A DNA stretch of 46,953 bases from a virus. Lineage: Duplodnaviria; Caudoviricetes. Of the stretch, positions 1 through 8,814 are shown piece after piece. The position numbers and the translations under genes are program-made. Numbering within the stretch: the first letter of the stretch is position 1; each line of letters starts with the position of its first letter. Below the pieces are notes generated by a model. It searched no databases, was not told the DNA's origin, and saw nothing but the letters and a program-made list of their open reading frames with translations. Where the stretch lies: IMG/VR virus record IMGVR_UViG_3300032083_003244, positions 1 through 46,953 of that record. The stretch is one strand, 5' to 3'.

Positions 1-91
1 AATCATTGAAGCCCTCCTAAAGAAAGCACGCAAAGGAGACATACCAGCCATCAAGGAATTGCTTGATAGAGGCATCGGAAAACCAACAGAA
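1..91. repeat. Terminal direct repeat, left copy (circular-assembly overlap)
   Basis: AATCATTGAAGCC...AAACCAACAGAA is identical to 46863-46953. Confidence 0.97.
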
Positions 92-136
92 GTGATAGAG
101 CAACAAACCACAATTTCCATCAGAATAGACATTTAG
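2..136 (+). CDS. terS: Putative terminase small subunit, 3' part
   Basis: In frame with 46726 after circularisation; TAG at 134-136; GD-x-x-AIKELLDRGIGKP motif resembles TerS/DUF5681-like proteins. Confidence 0.7.
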   Translation: MIEALLKKARKGDIPAIKELLDRGIGKPTEVIEQQTTISIRIDI

Positions 137-168
137 GCTAACCTTAGCCAAATCACAAAACAGCCCCT

Positions 169-1869
169 ATGACAGACCCAAAACAAGAAATATCGAAATT
201 CCTTAGGAAAAAAGATGTTTCTCCACGGGACAGCGAAAATATTTTCAAGAGGGGTAGAGGACGCCCAAAGAAGGGGGAAGAGCGTACCCTTGAGAACATC
301 AGAAGACTCCTAATAAAGGAGGAGGAGGGCATCCGGATTGTACCGGATCACATGGTAAGGAAAGCTGAGGAGTCAGGTGTAACCCTAGAGGAGTTCTTAA
401 AGACAGCTATGCCAGCCACAGGAGAAGCCCCTAGACCCAGGGGAAGGCCTAGGAAAGGCGAAGAAGCCCCTAATAGCTATATTCCCCCTAATACAGACGT
501 TAAGAGCCTCAGGGACATTGTGAAGCCCTCAGACAAGCAAGAGGAGTTCCTGCAAGCAATGAGAAAGCATCGGTATATTCTCTATGGTGGCGCTAAAGGA
601 GGAGGGAAGAGCTATATTCTGCGTTGGGCTCTTGTTGTTCTCCTCCTGGAATGGGCTAAGAGAGGGATAAATAACGTACGTGTAGCGCTATTCTGCGAAG
701 ATTATCCATCACTCAAAGACCGTCAGATCAACAAGATAAGCCGTGAATTTCCAAGTTGGCTAGGGAAGCTAGCGGATAGCCAGACAGAGGGCATGTCATT
801 CCGCCTAAATCCTGAATTTGGGGGAGGTGTTATAGCCCTGCGTAACCTGGATGACCCTAGCAAATACGCTTCTTCTGAGTTTGCAGCCGTGGGGATAGAT
901 GAGCTTACAAAGAACAGTAAGGACGTGTTTGACCAGTTACGCTCTATTGTCCGTTGGCCTGGGATTGATGATACGAGAATCCTTGCTGCTACCAATCCAG
1001 GAGGTGTAGGGCATGAATGGGTTAAGAGGCTATGGATTGATAGGGATTTCCCACCTGATGAACCCTCGCCAGAGGAATTTGTATTTGTTCAGGCGTTCGC
1101 AAGGGATAACCCTCATATCTCAAGGGAATACATCCGGCAGCTTGAAGGTCTACCAGAACAGATGAGAAAGGCTTTCCTTGAGGGAAGTTGGGACTTGTAT
1201 GAAGGCCAATTCTTTGGTGAGTGGCGGGAACATGTACACGTCATAGATCCCTTTACTATTCCATCCTCCTGGAAACGGGTGCGTGCGTTAGATCATGGAC
1301 GTACTAACCCCACGGCTTGTCTCTGGGGTGCTATCGACCATGACGGGAACTTGTATTGGTATAGGGAGTATTACGCTGCTGGGGTAGATGCAGACGTGAA
1401 CGCGGAGAAGGTAGCGGAGTTAAGCAAGGGTGAGACTTACCAGATCAGCGTTATGGATAGCGCTTGTTTCGCTAAGACAGGTGCAGGTGAGACTATCGCG
1501 GAGATTTATCAACGTAGGGGAGTGTTCTTTGAACCCTGGCCTAAGAACCGTCATGCGGGTTGGGTGTTGTTTCATAGCTACCTAAGACATGAGCCTACTA
1601 TTCCTCCCAAGATGGTTTTCTTTAGGAATTGCAAGAACGCTATCCGTACCATTCCTAGCCTTGTCCATGACGAACATGACGCAGAAGACCTTGATACGGG
1701 AGGAGAAGACCACGCAGCGGATGCTGTGAGAGGTCTGCTTGAAAGCCTCCATGAAGGGAAGAGCGCTAAACCCCCAACAGAATTAGAGAAGAAGCTGGAT
1801 AAGTGGAAGAACAAGAACCGCATCACTCCTGCCAATTTAAATCGCTTCTATGCGGGCAGATTGAAATAA
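169..1869 (+). CDS. terL: Terminase large subunit with N-terminal AT-hook extension
   Basis: Walker A GGAKGGGKS, Walker B AVGIDE, ATNPGG coupling motif, RNase H-like LDHG and DHAADA; two GRP AT-hook cores at the N-terminus. Confidence 0.95.
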   Translation: MTDPKQEISKFLRKKDVSPRDSENIFKRGRGRPKKGEERTLENIRRLLIKEEEGIRIVPDHMVRKAEESGVTLEEFLKTAMPATGEAPRPRGRPRKGEEAPNSYIPPNTDVKSLRDIVKPSDKQEEFLQAMRKHRYILYGGAKGGGKSYILRWALVVLLLEWAKRGINNVRVALFCEDYPSLKDRQINKISREFPSWLGKLADSQTEGMSFRLNPEFGGGVIALRNLDDPSKYASSEFAAVGIDELTKNSKDVFDQLRSIVRWPGIDDTRILAATNPGGVGHEWVKRLWIDRDFPPDEPSPEEFVFVQAFARDNPHISREYIRQLEGLPEQMRKAFLEGSWDLYEGQFFGEWREHVHVIDPFTIPSSWKRVRALDHGRTNPTACLWGAIDHDGNLYWYREYYAAGVDADVNAEKVAELSKGETYQISVMDSACFAKTGAGETIAEIYQRRGVFFEPWPKNRHAGWVLFHSYLRHEPTIPPKMVFFRNCKNAIRTIPSLVHDEHDAEDLDTGGEDHAADAVRGLLESLHEGKSAKPPTELEKKLDKWKNKNRITPANLNRFYAGRLK

Positions 1870-1888
1870 AGTATACTTGGTACCAACT

Positions 1889-4327
1889 ATGCCCCCTGAG
1901 ATGAATGGTGAGCCAAATCTAGCCTCACAGACTGAACCTATGGAAGCAATGGAACCACCAGAAGAGGTGGAACTCCCAAAACAAGCGAAGCCCAAGGTCG
2001 TCTCACTGGATGAGGCTATTGAGGTTCCCGATAAGGATGGAGGCACTGAGGCCTACAACCCAGGGGAGAAGGAAAGGGAATTGAATGAGCATATCTTCAT
2101 GCGTATTGATGCCATGAAGAAAGCAAGAAAGGACAACCTCCCTAATCTTGATCGTTCCATCGAGGACATCTGGCGTGATGCAGATCGGGAGTATGTTCCA
2201 CATGAGCTTCAATTCACGGGAGATAGGAAGCGTCTTGAGAGTGAGGATGACACCGGCTGGAGAAGTAGACGTGTCAATCTTGAAGATCCAAATGGATGGC
2301 AATCAAACCAAGCTAGCCCTGACTTGTATGTAAAGGTCTCCACGGCTGTGTCCATCCTTGTGGACATGAACCCAGAAGCAACCTTTATTCCTTCTTCAAA
2401 GAAATATAAGGCCAATACAGAGCTTGCCTATGGGAACTGGAAGAACTCCTGGGAGGTCAGCGGTGCTAAGCAACAGATGAAGAACTTTATCTTCAACCTC
2501 TCTAAGTATGGGACGGCTTATGCTCGTACCTACCCAAAGCAGATCAAGATGAAGAAGAGCATTAGGACGGAGTATTATCCAGGCTCTCCTGAGAAGGACA
2601 AGTACGAAAAGAAGACCATCACAAAATATGATGACCTATGCAGGGAATCTCTTAATCCCTGGCAGGTTTGGCACAGTGAGCTAGCTACCCCAGGCGATCC
2701 TCACAGCATTGATGATTGGTATTTTGAAAAGGACTTTAGCAAGGCTAAGTTCGACCAATTATTTGGGGAATATGCTAATGCTAAGTGCGTTGCTCCTGGC
2801 TCTATGGTTCAGGATGAGCAGGAGGAGAAACCAAAAGAAAAACCAGAAGACACCATTACCGTAGGTTTCTATGAAGACCAGGTAAGAGACCTGTACGCTA
2901 TTGTTGTCCCTAGCGTGAAGGTCATCCTCTATTACTCCCCACTTCCAAACAATGATGGGATGCTTTCGCTTTGGATGGCACAATGGACTCCTCGTGATGA
3001 CAGGAGTGTGTACGGTATCGGTCTCTACGAGATCATCCGTCAGGACTCCATCATGTTCGACAAGTTGTTCAACATGACGATGGATCAGCTCGCCCTGTCT
3101 ATCTATAAGATGTTCTTCTACAAGCCATCTAACCCGCTGGGTGAGAATGGTCAGCTTGTGGTGTCTCCAGGTAGAGGGTACGAATCAGCAGATCCAAACG
3201 CTATCAAATTTGTGGACACACCAGGTCCAGGGGATGACTCCTGGCAGGGTCTCAAATACATCCAGGATAGGAAGGACATCATGTCCGGAGTCTCACAACA
3301 GCTAACGGGCAAGTTTGGTGCAGATACTCTTGGTCAAGACCTTCAAGCTAAGGAAGCTGCCCTTGAGCGCATGAAGACGCCGCTCGACTACATTCTCGAT
3401 GCTCTTCAACAGGAAGCCTTCCTTACCCTTTCCTGGCAGAAGCAAATCCTTTCTACTCCTGAGATACTCGAATACACGGACGTAACCGTGTTAAAGGCTG
3501 CGCTTGAGGAGTTTGGTCTTGATGAACAACAGATCCAGGCATACATGGCCGTTGAAGCTAACCCAAATCCTTCACAGGAATTGTTGTTTGCTGATGAAAA
3601 AGGTAAGAAGTACGCCAATGTTTACAGGGAAAATTCATACAGCTTTGAGAAAAACCAGGATGGTGAGCTGAAATCAAGCAAGGACACGTCCTTCTACCGT
3701 TTTGGCGTGGATCTCCCCACAAAATCTCTTGATTGGAAGGGTATTGTCCGCATTGAGCCTAAATCTATTCTCGTTCCTAGCAGGGAATTAGAGAAAAAGA
3801 TGAAATTGGATCTGTTTAATCTGGTTTACCCAGCTATTCAGACCATGACCCAGCAACCTACCTACATTCCTATGCTTATTCTGCCTATTAAGCAGATTAT
3901 TAAGGCATATGATGAGGATACTGAGGACTGGGTGGATGAAAAAGCGCTTATGGGTCTCCATGAGGCAGCTATGCAACCCAAGGAAACGCCACCTCCAGAG
4001 ACAAAAGCCTCTATTTCTGTTAACTTCCAGGATCTCCCACCAGAGGCTCAGGTTCAGGTACTCAATAAATATATGGGTATCAAGATCGTTCCTCCTCTCC
4101 TTGTCCCCAAGGGTGCCCAGCTCACGCCCTATGGCACGATAGCTGGCGCAGCTCCACAGGGTCAGGAAGGCGGAGGCCAAGCTCCTGGAGGAGAACAGGG
4201 CGGAGACCTGCCTAATGTGACTCCTGGTAGGGATGGAAGCGCGGCTCAAATCAAGCCCGTTGCTCGTATCAACGAAGCTCCATCCACCATGCAGGGCGCA
4301 GTAGCAGCAAATAATAACTTATTCTAA
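1889..4327 (+). CDS. Portal protein (large, podovirus type)
   Basis: Follows terL; ~810 aa; YGTAY and YGIGLYE segments; low-complexity C-terminal tail; start moved to AACTATG at 1889. Confidence 0.8.
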   Translation: MPPEMNGEPNLASQTEPMEAMEPPEEVELPKQAKPKVVSLDEAIEVPDKDGGTEAYNPGEKERELNEHIFMRIDAMKKARKDNLPNLDRSIEDIWRDADREYVPHELQFTGDRKRLESEDDTGWRSRRVNLEDPNGWQSNQASPDLYVKVSTAVSILVDMNPEATFIPSSKKYKANTELAYGNWKNSWEVSGAKQQMKNFIFNLSKYGTAYARTYPKQIKMKKSIRTEYYPGSPEKDKYEKKTITKYDDLCRESLNPWQVWHSELATPGDPHSIDDWYFEKDFSKAKFDQLFGEYANAKCVAPGSMVQDEQEEKPKEKPEDTITVGFYEDQVRDLYAIVVPSVKVILYYSPLPNNDGMLSLWMAQWTPRDDRSVYGIGLYEIIRQDSIMFDKLFNMTMDQLALSIYKMFFYKPSNPLGENGQLVVSPGRGYESADPNAIKFVDTPGPGDDSWQGLKYIQDRKDIMSGVSQQLTGKFGADTLGQDLQAKEAALERMKTPLDYILDALQQEAFLTLSWQKQILSTPEILEYTDVTVLKAALEEFGLDEQQIQAYMAVEANPNPSQELLFADEKGKKYANVYRENSYSFEKNQDGELKSSKDTSFYRFGVDLPTKSLDWKGIVRIEPKSILVPSRELEKKMKLDLFNLVYPAIQTMTQQPTYIPMLILPIKQIIKAYDEDTEDWVDEKALMGLHEAAMQPKETPPPETKASISVNFQDLPPEAQVQVLNKYMGIKIVPPLLVPKGAQLTPYGTIAGAAPQGQEGGGQAPGGEQGGDLPNVTPGRDGSAAQIKPVARINEAPSTMQGAVAANNNLF

Positions 4328-4333
4328 TCACCT

Positions 4334-4576
4334 ATGATGTCAGACGTGGCTAAGCGCATGAAGGCGGCAGGAATGAAGTTTGAGGTTAAATTTTTCTACT
4401 GTGAGTCAGGTGATGGAAACCTCGTTGCTTCAAATAACAAGGGGGTTAATTACCGTTTCTGCAAGGATTGTATGATGGCTGAGCTGGATAGGATCGTATG
4501 CAGAAAGATGGATCGCAGGGCTTTTATTCAAAAGGTAAAAGATTATTTTGCTAACCTCTATGCCGCTCTCACATGA
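4334..4576 (+). CDS. Hypothetical protein (Cys-containing)
   Basis: CCTATG start; operon position. Confidence 0.55.
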   Translation: MMSDVAKRMKAAGMKFEVKFFYCESGDGNLVASNNKGVNYRFCKDCMMAELDRIVCRKMDRRAFIQKVKDYFANLYAALT

Positions 4577-4775
4577 AGCACGCGAGAACCTAAAGATGAT
4601 GCGTAACGGTCAATCAATTACCTACATCTATGCAGCCATTGAACATGTCGCAGAGGAACTACGGACACAAAGCCCAACTGATGAAACAGAGTGGGATTAC
4701 CTGAAAAGCGGCTTGAAGCGAGATGGTGGGATCGTGGCTCTTGGGAGACTCCTTAATGTTTTAAGAGGTAATTAA
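4560..4775 (+). CDS. Hypothetical protein (small post-portal protein)
   Basis: CTATG start at 4560; tightly packed in the operon. Confidence 0.6.
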   Translation: MPLSHEARENLKMMRNGQSITYIYAAIEHVAEELRTQSPTDETEWDYLKSGLKRDGGIVALGRLLNVLRGN

Positions 4776-4777
4776 CT

Positions 4778-5218
4778 ATGATAGATGAACAAAATGGGTT
4801 CGAGATACCTGTCGTTTCTGGAGGACGCCTCACGGGTGAGATTAACTGGTCAAAGGATGAAACGATTGCAGGAGGTAAGATGATTAAGTTCAACTTTATT
4901 TCACCGGATGGCAAGCACACCTTTCCATTCTTCGTGAAGACAGAACAGCTCCACGCCTTCCTCATGGTGGTAGGCTCTACTGAGCAAATCGAGGACCTAT
5001 TACCAGTAAAAGTAACAACCATAAAAAAGATCGAACGTCTCCTTACCTTTGAATGGCAAGCCAGCAGAGATTATCGACGTGGTGAGAAGATCACCGTCAA
5101 AGCTCCCTGGATCGACGAGGTTCCGAATGAAATCGAGACTCTTGCCGGTAGCCTAAAAGGACGTGAGACAAAGCATTATAGAGACCTTCTAAATCCTAAG
5201 TTTATAGCTCTTCCATAG
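4778..5218 (+). CDS. Hypothetical protein
   Basis: 146 aa; stop-start spacing of 1-2 nt on both sides. Confidence 0.75.
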   Translation: MIDEQNGFEIPVVSGGRLTGEINWSKDETIAGGKMIKFNFISPDGKHTFPFFVKTEQLHAFLMVVGSTEQIEDLLPVKVTTIKKIERLLTFEWQASRDYRRGEKITVKAPWIDEVPNEIETLAGSLKGRETKHYRDLLNPKFIALP

Positions 5219-5219
5219 T

Positions 5220-5756
5220 ATGCCTCCTAAGAAAACCCAAGATGTAGCAGCCCAACCAGCCCAAGCTCCAACGCCTGATGCACAGCTTGCCGCCGCACCA
5301 GTGGACCCCGTTGAAGCTCTTTCAAAGAAGCTCGATAAAATGGTTGATATCATGTCTGTTCTTGCCGTGAAGGTGAACAAGTTGGAAGACGAAAAGCCTG
5401 TTCCAGATTCTGCTGCCCCAGCCAAGCCACGTTATTCCACGACGGAAATTGATCGTGACGCCTTTAACAAGCGCGTTCCACGTCAATGGCGCGAGTTGAT
5501 CGACACCATCCTAGGCCCTGATTTCGAGGCAGAGGTCAATGATTCAAACGGTAACTGGATGCTAACGATCATCGTTCCTGAATACTTAGACAGACGTGTA
5601 GGCTCTGAACGTAAGGACGGTAAGGACACGTCTACTGGATTGGTTCGTCGTTCGTCGGATCTGGCAGATGTAGAAAATTGGTGTAAACTGGTACGCGAAA
5701 GGATTGTCGAACGGTATCCTAAATTCGTACCAGGATGGCAACCTAAGATTCAATAA
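5220..5756 (+). CDS. Hypothetical protein
   Basis: 178 aa, tightly packed. Confidence 0.75.
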   Translation: MPPKKTQDVAAQPAQAPTPDAQLAAAPVDPVEALSKKLDKMVDIMSVLAVKVNKLEDEKPVPDSAAPAKPRYSTTEIDRDAFNKRVPRQWRELIDTILGPDFEAEVNDSNGNWMLTIIVPEYLDRRVGSERKDGKDTSTGLVRRSSDLADVENWCKLVRERIVERYPKFVPGWQPKIQ

Positions 5757-5765
5757 TCTAATTTT

Positions 5766-6188
5766 ATGTCACGATCTATTAAGTTAAAGGCCACTCATCG
5801 TATCTTCTTGTTAGTTATCCTTAACCAAGAGGGAAATATCGCAGGTAACTTCACGATTGAAGCTCTCTCTGAGATTCTAAAGATGGTGGATATTCTCAAG
5901 CTCAATGATGAGGAAAGAACAACCGTAGCGTTGCAAGACGAGATGAAGCCTAAGATGGATACCAACGGTGAGCCAGTTCTTGATGCAGAAGGTAAACCAG
6001 AGATGGTACGCACTGGTGGTCTCATGTGGAATCCAGCAGCCGCAGAATCACTTGAGGGTGAATATACGCTAACAGATACACAAGTTGAGGTACTTCGTGA
6101 TATACTTCGTAAGAAGGATGAAAAGAAAGAATTTACATTCACATGGTTTCCGGTAGTGAAGTTCCTCATGGATGAGTTGAAGGCGTAA
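5766..6188 (+). CDS. Hypothetical protein
   Basis: 140 aa, TATG start. Confidence 0.7.
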   Translation: MSRSIKLKATHRIFLLVILNQEGNIAGNFTIEALSEILKMVDILKLNDEERTTVALQDEMKPKMDTNGEPVLDAEGKPEMVRTGGLMWNPAAAESLEGEYTLTDTQVEVLRDILRKKDEKKEFTFTWFPVVKFLMDELKA

Positions 6189-6293
6189 TCAAACAATTAA
6201 ACAAAAAAACCGTGGCAGGTTTTTCCTTGGAGGCTAGACGTTGGCTTCTAAGGTATTGTTTCTGCCACGGTTACAATATCTTAGTATCCAGCA

Positions 6294-6322
6294 CCAAGCC
6301 CCTAATGGGCTTGGGCTTTTTT
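6294..6322 (+). terminator. Rho-independent terminator/attenuator
   Basis: CCAAGCCC-ctaat-GGGCTTGG followed by GCTTTTTT. Confidence 0.6.
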
Positions 6323-6385
6323 ATACATAGTTTCCCTGCCTCTCCATGCAGCCCAAAACTGGAGTGAAACGGAACACTATATCCT

Positions 6386-7237
6386 ATGGGTAACATCGAC
6401 ATGCGACCGGCCTACGAGACTGAGAACACGCCGCCTCCAGCAGATGAAAAGGTGGTAACACCTATTCCTCCAGAGGAGACAAGCACAACGGAAGGAGAGG
6501 ATGACGAAAACGGTTTAATCGACATCCCCAGCGATAATGGTGAGCAACCACCAGAGGAATCTTCCACCTCAAAAGAACCAGTCAAGCCGGTGACGCCACC
6601 TCAAGATCCTGATGCAGACGAAGAAAAGGCAATCAACGCCCTCAAGCAACAGCGCGAGCAGTTGATGAAAGATATCGTTGAACTCAGGAGAGAACGCCGT
6701 CAGGTGAGAGATCAGAAGCCTGAACCTCTCATTATTCCAGCAGAAGGTGCTGGTGATGACATGCAAATTGCAGAAGCGGATCTTAAACTCATTGAGCTGG
6801 CTGCAAAGAGACTCGGACTTGTACGTAAGGATGAAGCGATGCAGATGCAACAAACTGCCACGTATCAGGAAAAATTAGATACGTACAAGAATGAGTGGTT
6901 AAACCAACACCCTGAGTACCTTCCAGAAAACGATCCAGATGACAAGAACTGGAACCAGCTTAAAAGTACGATTGATACGTATTTCAAAGCCCCAGGATCT
7001 CCAAAGGAAATCGTTAAAGTTCTGGATGCGGCTCACAAGATGGTTAACCCGCACGCAGTTTTACCTATAAGACAAAAAGCATCTGTTGATGCTGCTAAGG
7101 AAAAAATCACCTCTGCCTCTAAGGCCGTAGGAACAGGCACGTCATCTAAATCTGGTTCGCCTCAAAAGCGTGGCGGAGTTAATGCAGGTGCGTTCGTCGG
7201 CTTCTCAGAGGAAGAGATTAATGAGCTTTTATCATAA
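6386..7237 (+). CDS. Putative capsid scaffolding protein
   Basis: Acidic Pro-rich N-terminus and coiled coil; lies upstream of the capsid genes. Confidence 0.65.
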   Translation: MGNIDMRPAYETENTPPPADEKVVTPIPPEETSTTEGEDDENGLIDIPSDNGEQPPEESSTSKEPVKPVTPPQDPDADEEKAINALKQQREQLMKDIVELRRERRQVRDQKPEPLIIPAEGAGDDMQIAEADLKLIELAAKRLGLVRKDEAMQMQQTATYQEKLDTYKNEWLNQHPEYLPENDPDDKNWNQLKSTIDTYFKAPGSPKEIVKVLDAAHKMVNPHAVLPIRQKASVDAAKEKITSASKAVGTGTSSKSGSPQKRGGVNAGAFVGFSEEEINELLS

Positions 7238-7244
7238 TATTCCT

Positions 7245-7670
7245 ATGGGTATGCGTTTAGTAGGAGGGTTTCCTGACCCGTTCGTTGTTGAAGCTACCGT
7301 GACCGCTGGTACAGCCATTGCCGAAGGCGATGCGCTCGATATTAGTGGCAACGTTCTTCAACGCGCTACGTCGTCTTCAACCATCCACACAGTTATCGGT
7401 GTAGCCGCTGAGACAATCTCAACGACAGCCACCAAGATCAAGGTTATTCCATTCATCCAGGGTCAGTTCTGGGAAGTGGACGCGCAAAACAACACAGCTT
7501 CCACTCAGTTGTATGAATCCATGGTATTCCAGGATCATACCAAGATTAACAACACCGATTCAGACGTTACTGGTCCTACCGGCGTGTTTTTAAGCTGGGG
7601 CGCTGTTGGTGCTGCTGCTGACAAAAAGATGCTTGGCGAATTTACTCGCTTGCAATCGACCTCAACGTAA
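7245..7670 (+). CDS. Putative capsid decoration/cement protein
   Basis: CCTATG start at 7245; ~141 aa beta-rich (AIAEGD, VIGVAAE); sits between scaffold and major capsid protein. Confidence 0.55.
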   Translation: MGMRLVGGFPDPFVVEATVTAGTAIAEGDALDISGNVLQRATSSSTIHTVIGVAAETISTTATKIKVIPFIQGQFWEVDAQNNTASTQLYESMVFQDHTKINNTDSDVTGPTGVFLSWGAVGAAADKKMLGEFTRLQSTST

Positions 7671-7683
7671 TTAGCTTTATAAT

Positions 7684-8715
7684 ATGCCTCAAGCACCTCT
7701 TACAATCAGCCAAGCATCCGACGCTCTGGATGTATCTATTCAAAAGTTTTGGCTCAAGGACAAAGCAGTTCGTGAGGAACACTTCCGCAAATACTACAAC
7801 GTGACCACAGGTGTTACAGACTACTACATGAAGGACAGCTCATTGTCTGGCCTTGGTGAAGCATCCCGCATCGTTGAGAACGCTGTTATTCGTACGGAAG
7901 TTCCTGTTCAAGGCTTCGACCAGACATACACCCAGGTTCAATACGGAAAGATCCAATCTTTCACCTGGTATATGTGGAAATTTGGTATCGAAAAGCGCTC
8001 GCTTACGCGCGTGGTTAAAGCTCTTCGTGATGCTTGTTACCGCAAACGTGAACGTATGCTTGCAGAAAAACTCGATGCAGCTTACCTCACGGCTTATACG
8101 CACTCGGATGATACCGGCAGCTACTCAATCACGGTTACAGGTGGAGATGGTGTAGCATTGGCTTCCGCTTCCCACACACGTGAAGATGGTGGTACGGCTT
8201 GGTCCAACATCGTCAATGATGGAACGACAGCTAACATGAACTTGGACTACCCAGGTTTGAAGGCTGCTCACCGCATCGCTGCTCGCACAAAGAATCCAAA
8301 GGGTCAACCAATGGTTCCAAATATCGACATCATTCTTGTTAAGAAAGGTTCTGCTGCTGCTTTCCGCGCAAAAGAAATCCTTGGCGCTCTTCGTGCTAAC
8401 AAGATTCCTGGTGAGTTCTCGAATGACGGAGCTGCTATCGGTTCCTTTGAACTTGTGGAAAACGAATTCTTGCTCGGTACTGGTGACGCTACATCGACAA
8501 CCAACTTGTCATCTGAAACGAACTGGCACACCTTCGACAAGTCGATGATCTCGGACGAATACGGTCTTCAATACTTTGAATCTCAACCAATCCAATTGGA
8601 TGAGCAAAACATTGTGTACAAGACCAACGAAATCCAATACAAAGCTACCCTCGCTTTCGCGTACGGTCACAACGATCCTCGTGGAACGCTTCACTCAACG
8701 GGTGCTAACTCATAG
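7684..8715 (+). CDS. Major capsid protein
   Basis: 343 aa; position after scaffold/decoration; GGDGVALASASH and C-terminal YGHNDPRG resemble HK97-fold, Mu gpT-like capsids. Confidence 0.8.
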   Translation: MPQAPLTISQASDALDVSIQKFWLKDKAVREEHFRKYYNVTTGVTDYYMKDSSLSGLGEASRIVENAVIRTEVPVQGFDQTYTQVQYGKIQSFTWYMWKFGIEKRSLTRVVKALRDACYRKRERMLAEKLDAAYLTAYTHSDDTGSYSITVTGGDGVALASASHTREDGGTAWSNIVNDGTTANMNLDYPGLKAAHRIAARTKNPKGQPMVPNIDIILVKKGSAAAFRAKEILGALRANKIPGEFSNDGAAIGSFELVENEFLLGTGDATSTTNLSSETNWHTFDKSMISDEYGLQYFESQPIQLDEQNIVYKTNEIQYKATLAFAYGHNDPRGTLHSTGANS

Positions 8716-8814
8716 TCCTCCTAGGGATTTTTAACAAAGTGGATGGGGATTCCCTCGCTTGAGGATGTCTAGGAACATCCAATACTAGAGGCTGGAATCC
8801 CCTTCCATCCACTT

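Noticed and set aside
1-91. Biological terminal repeat or att site
   Set aside because: It lies mid-gene with an odd k-mer-like length, so it is most simply an assembly overlap.
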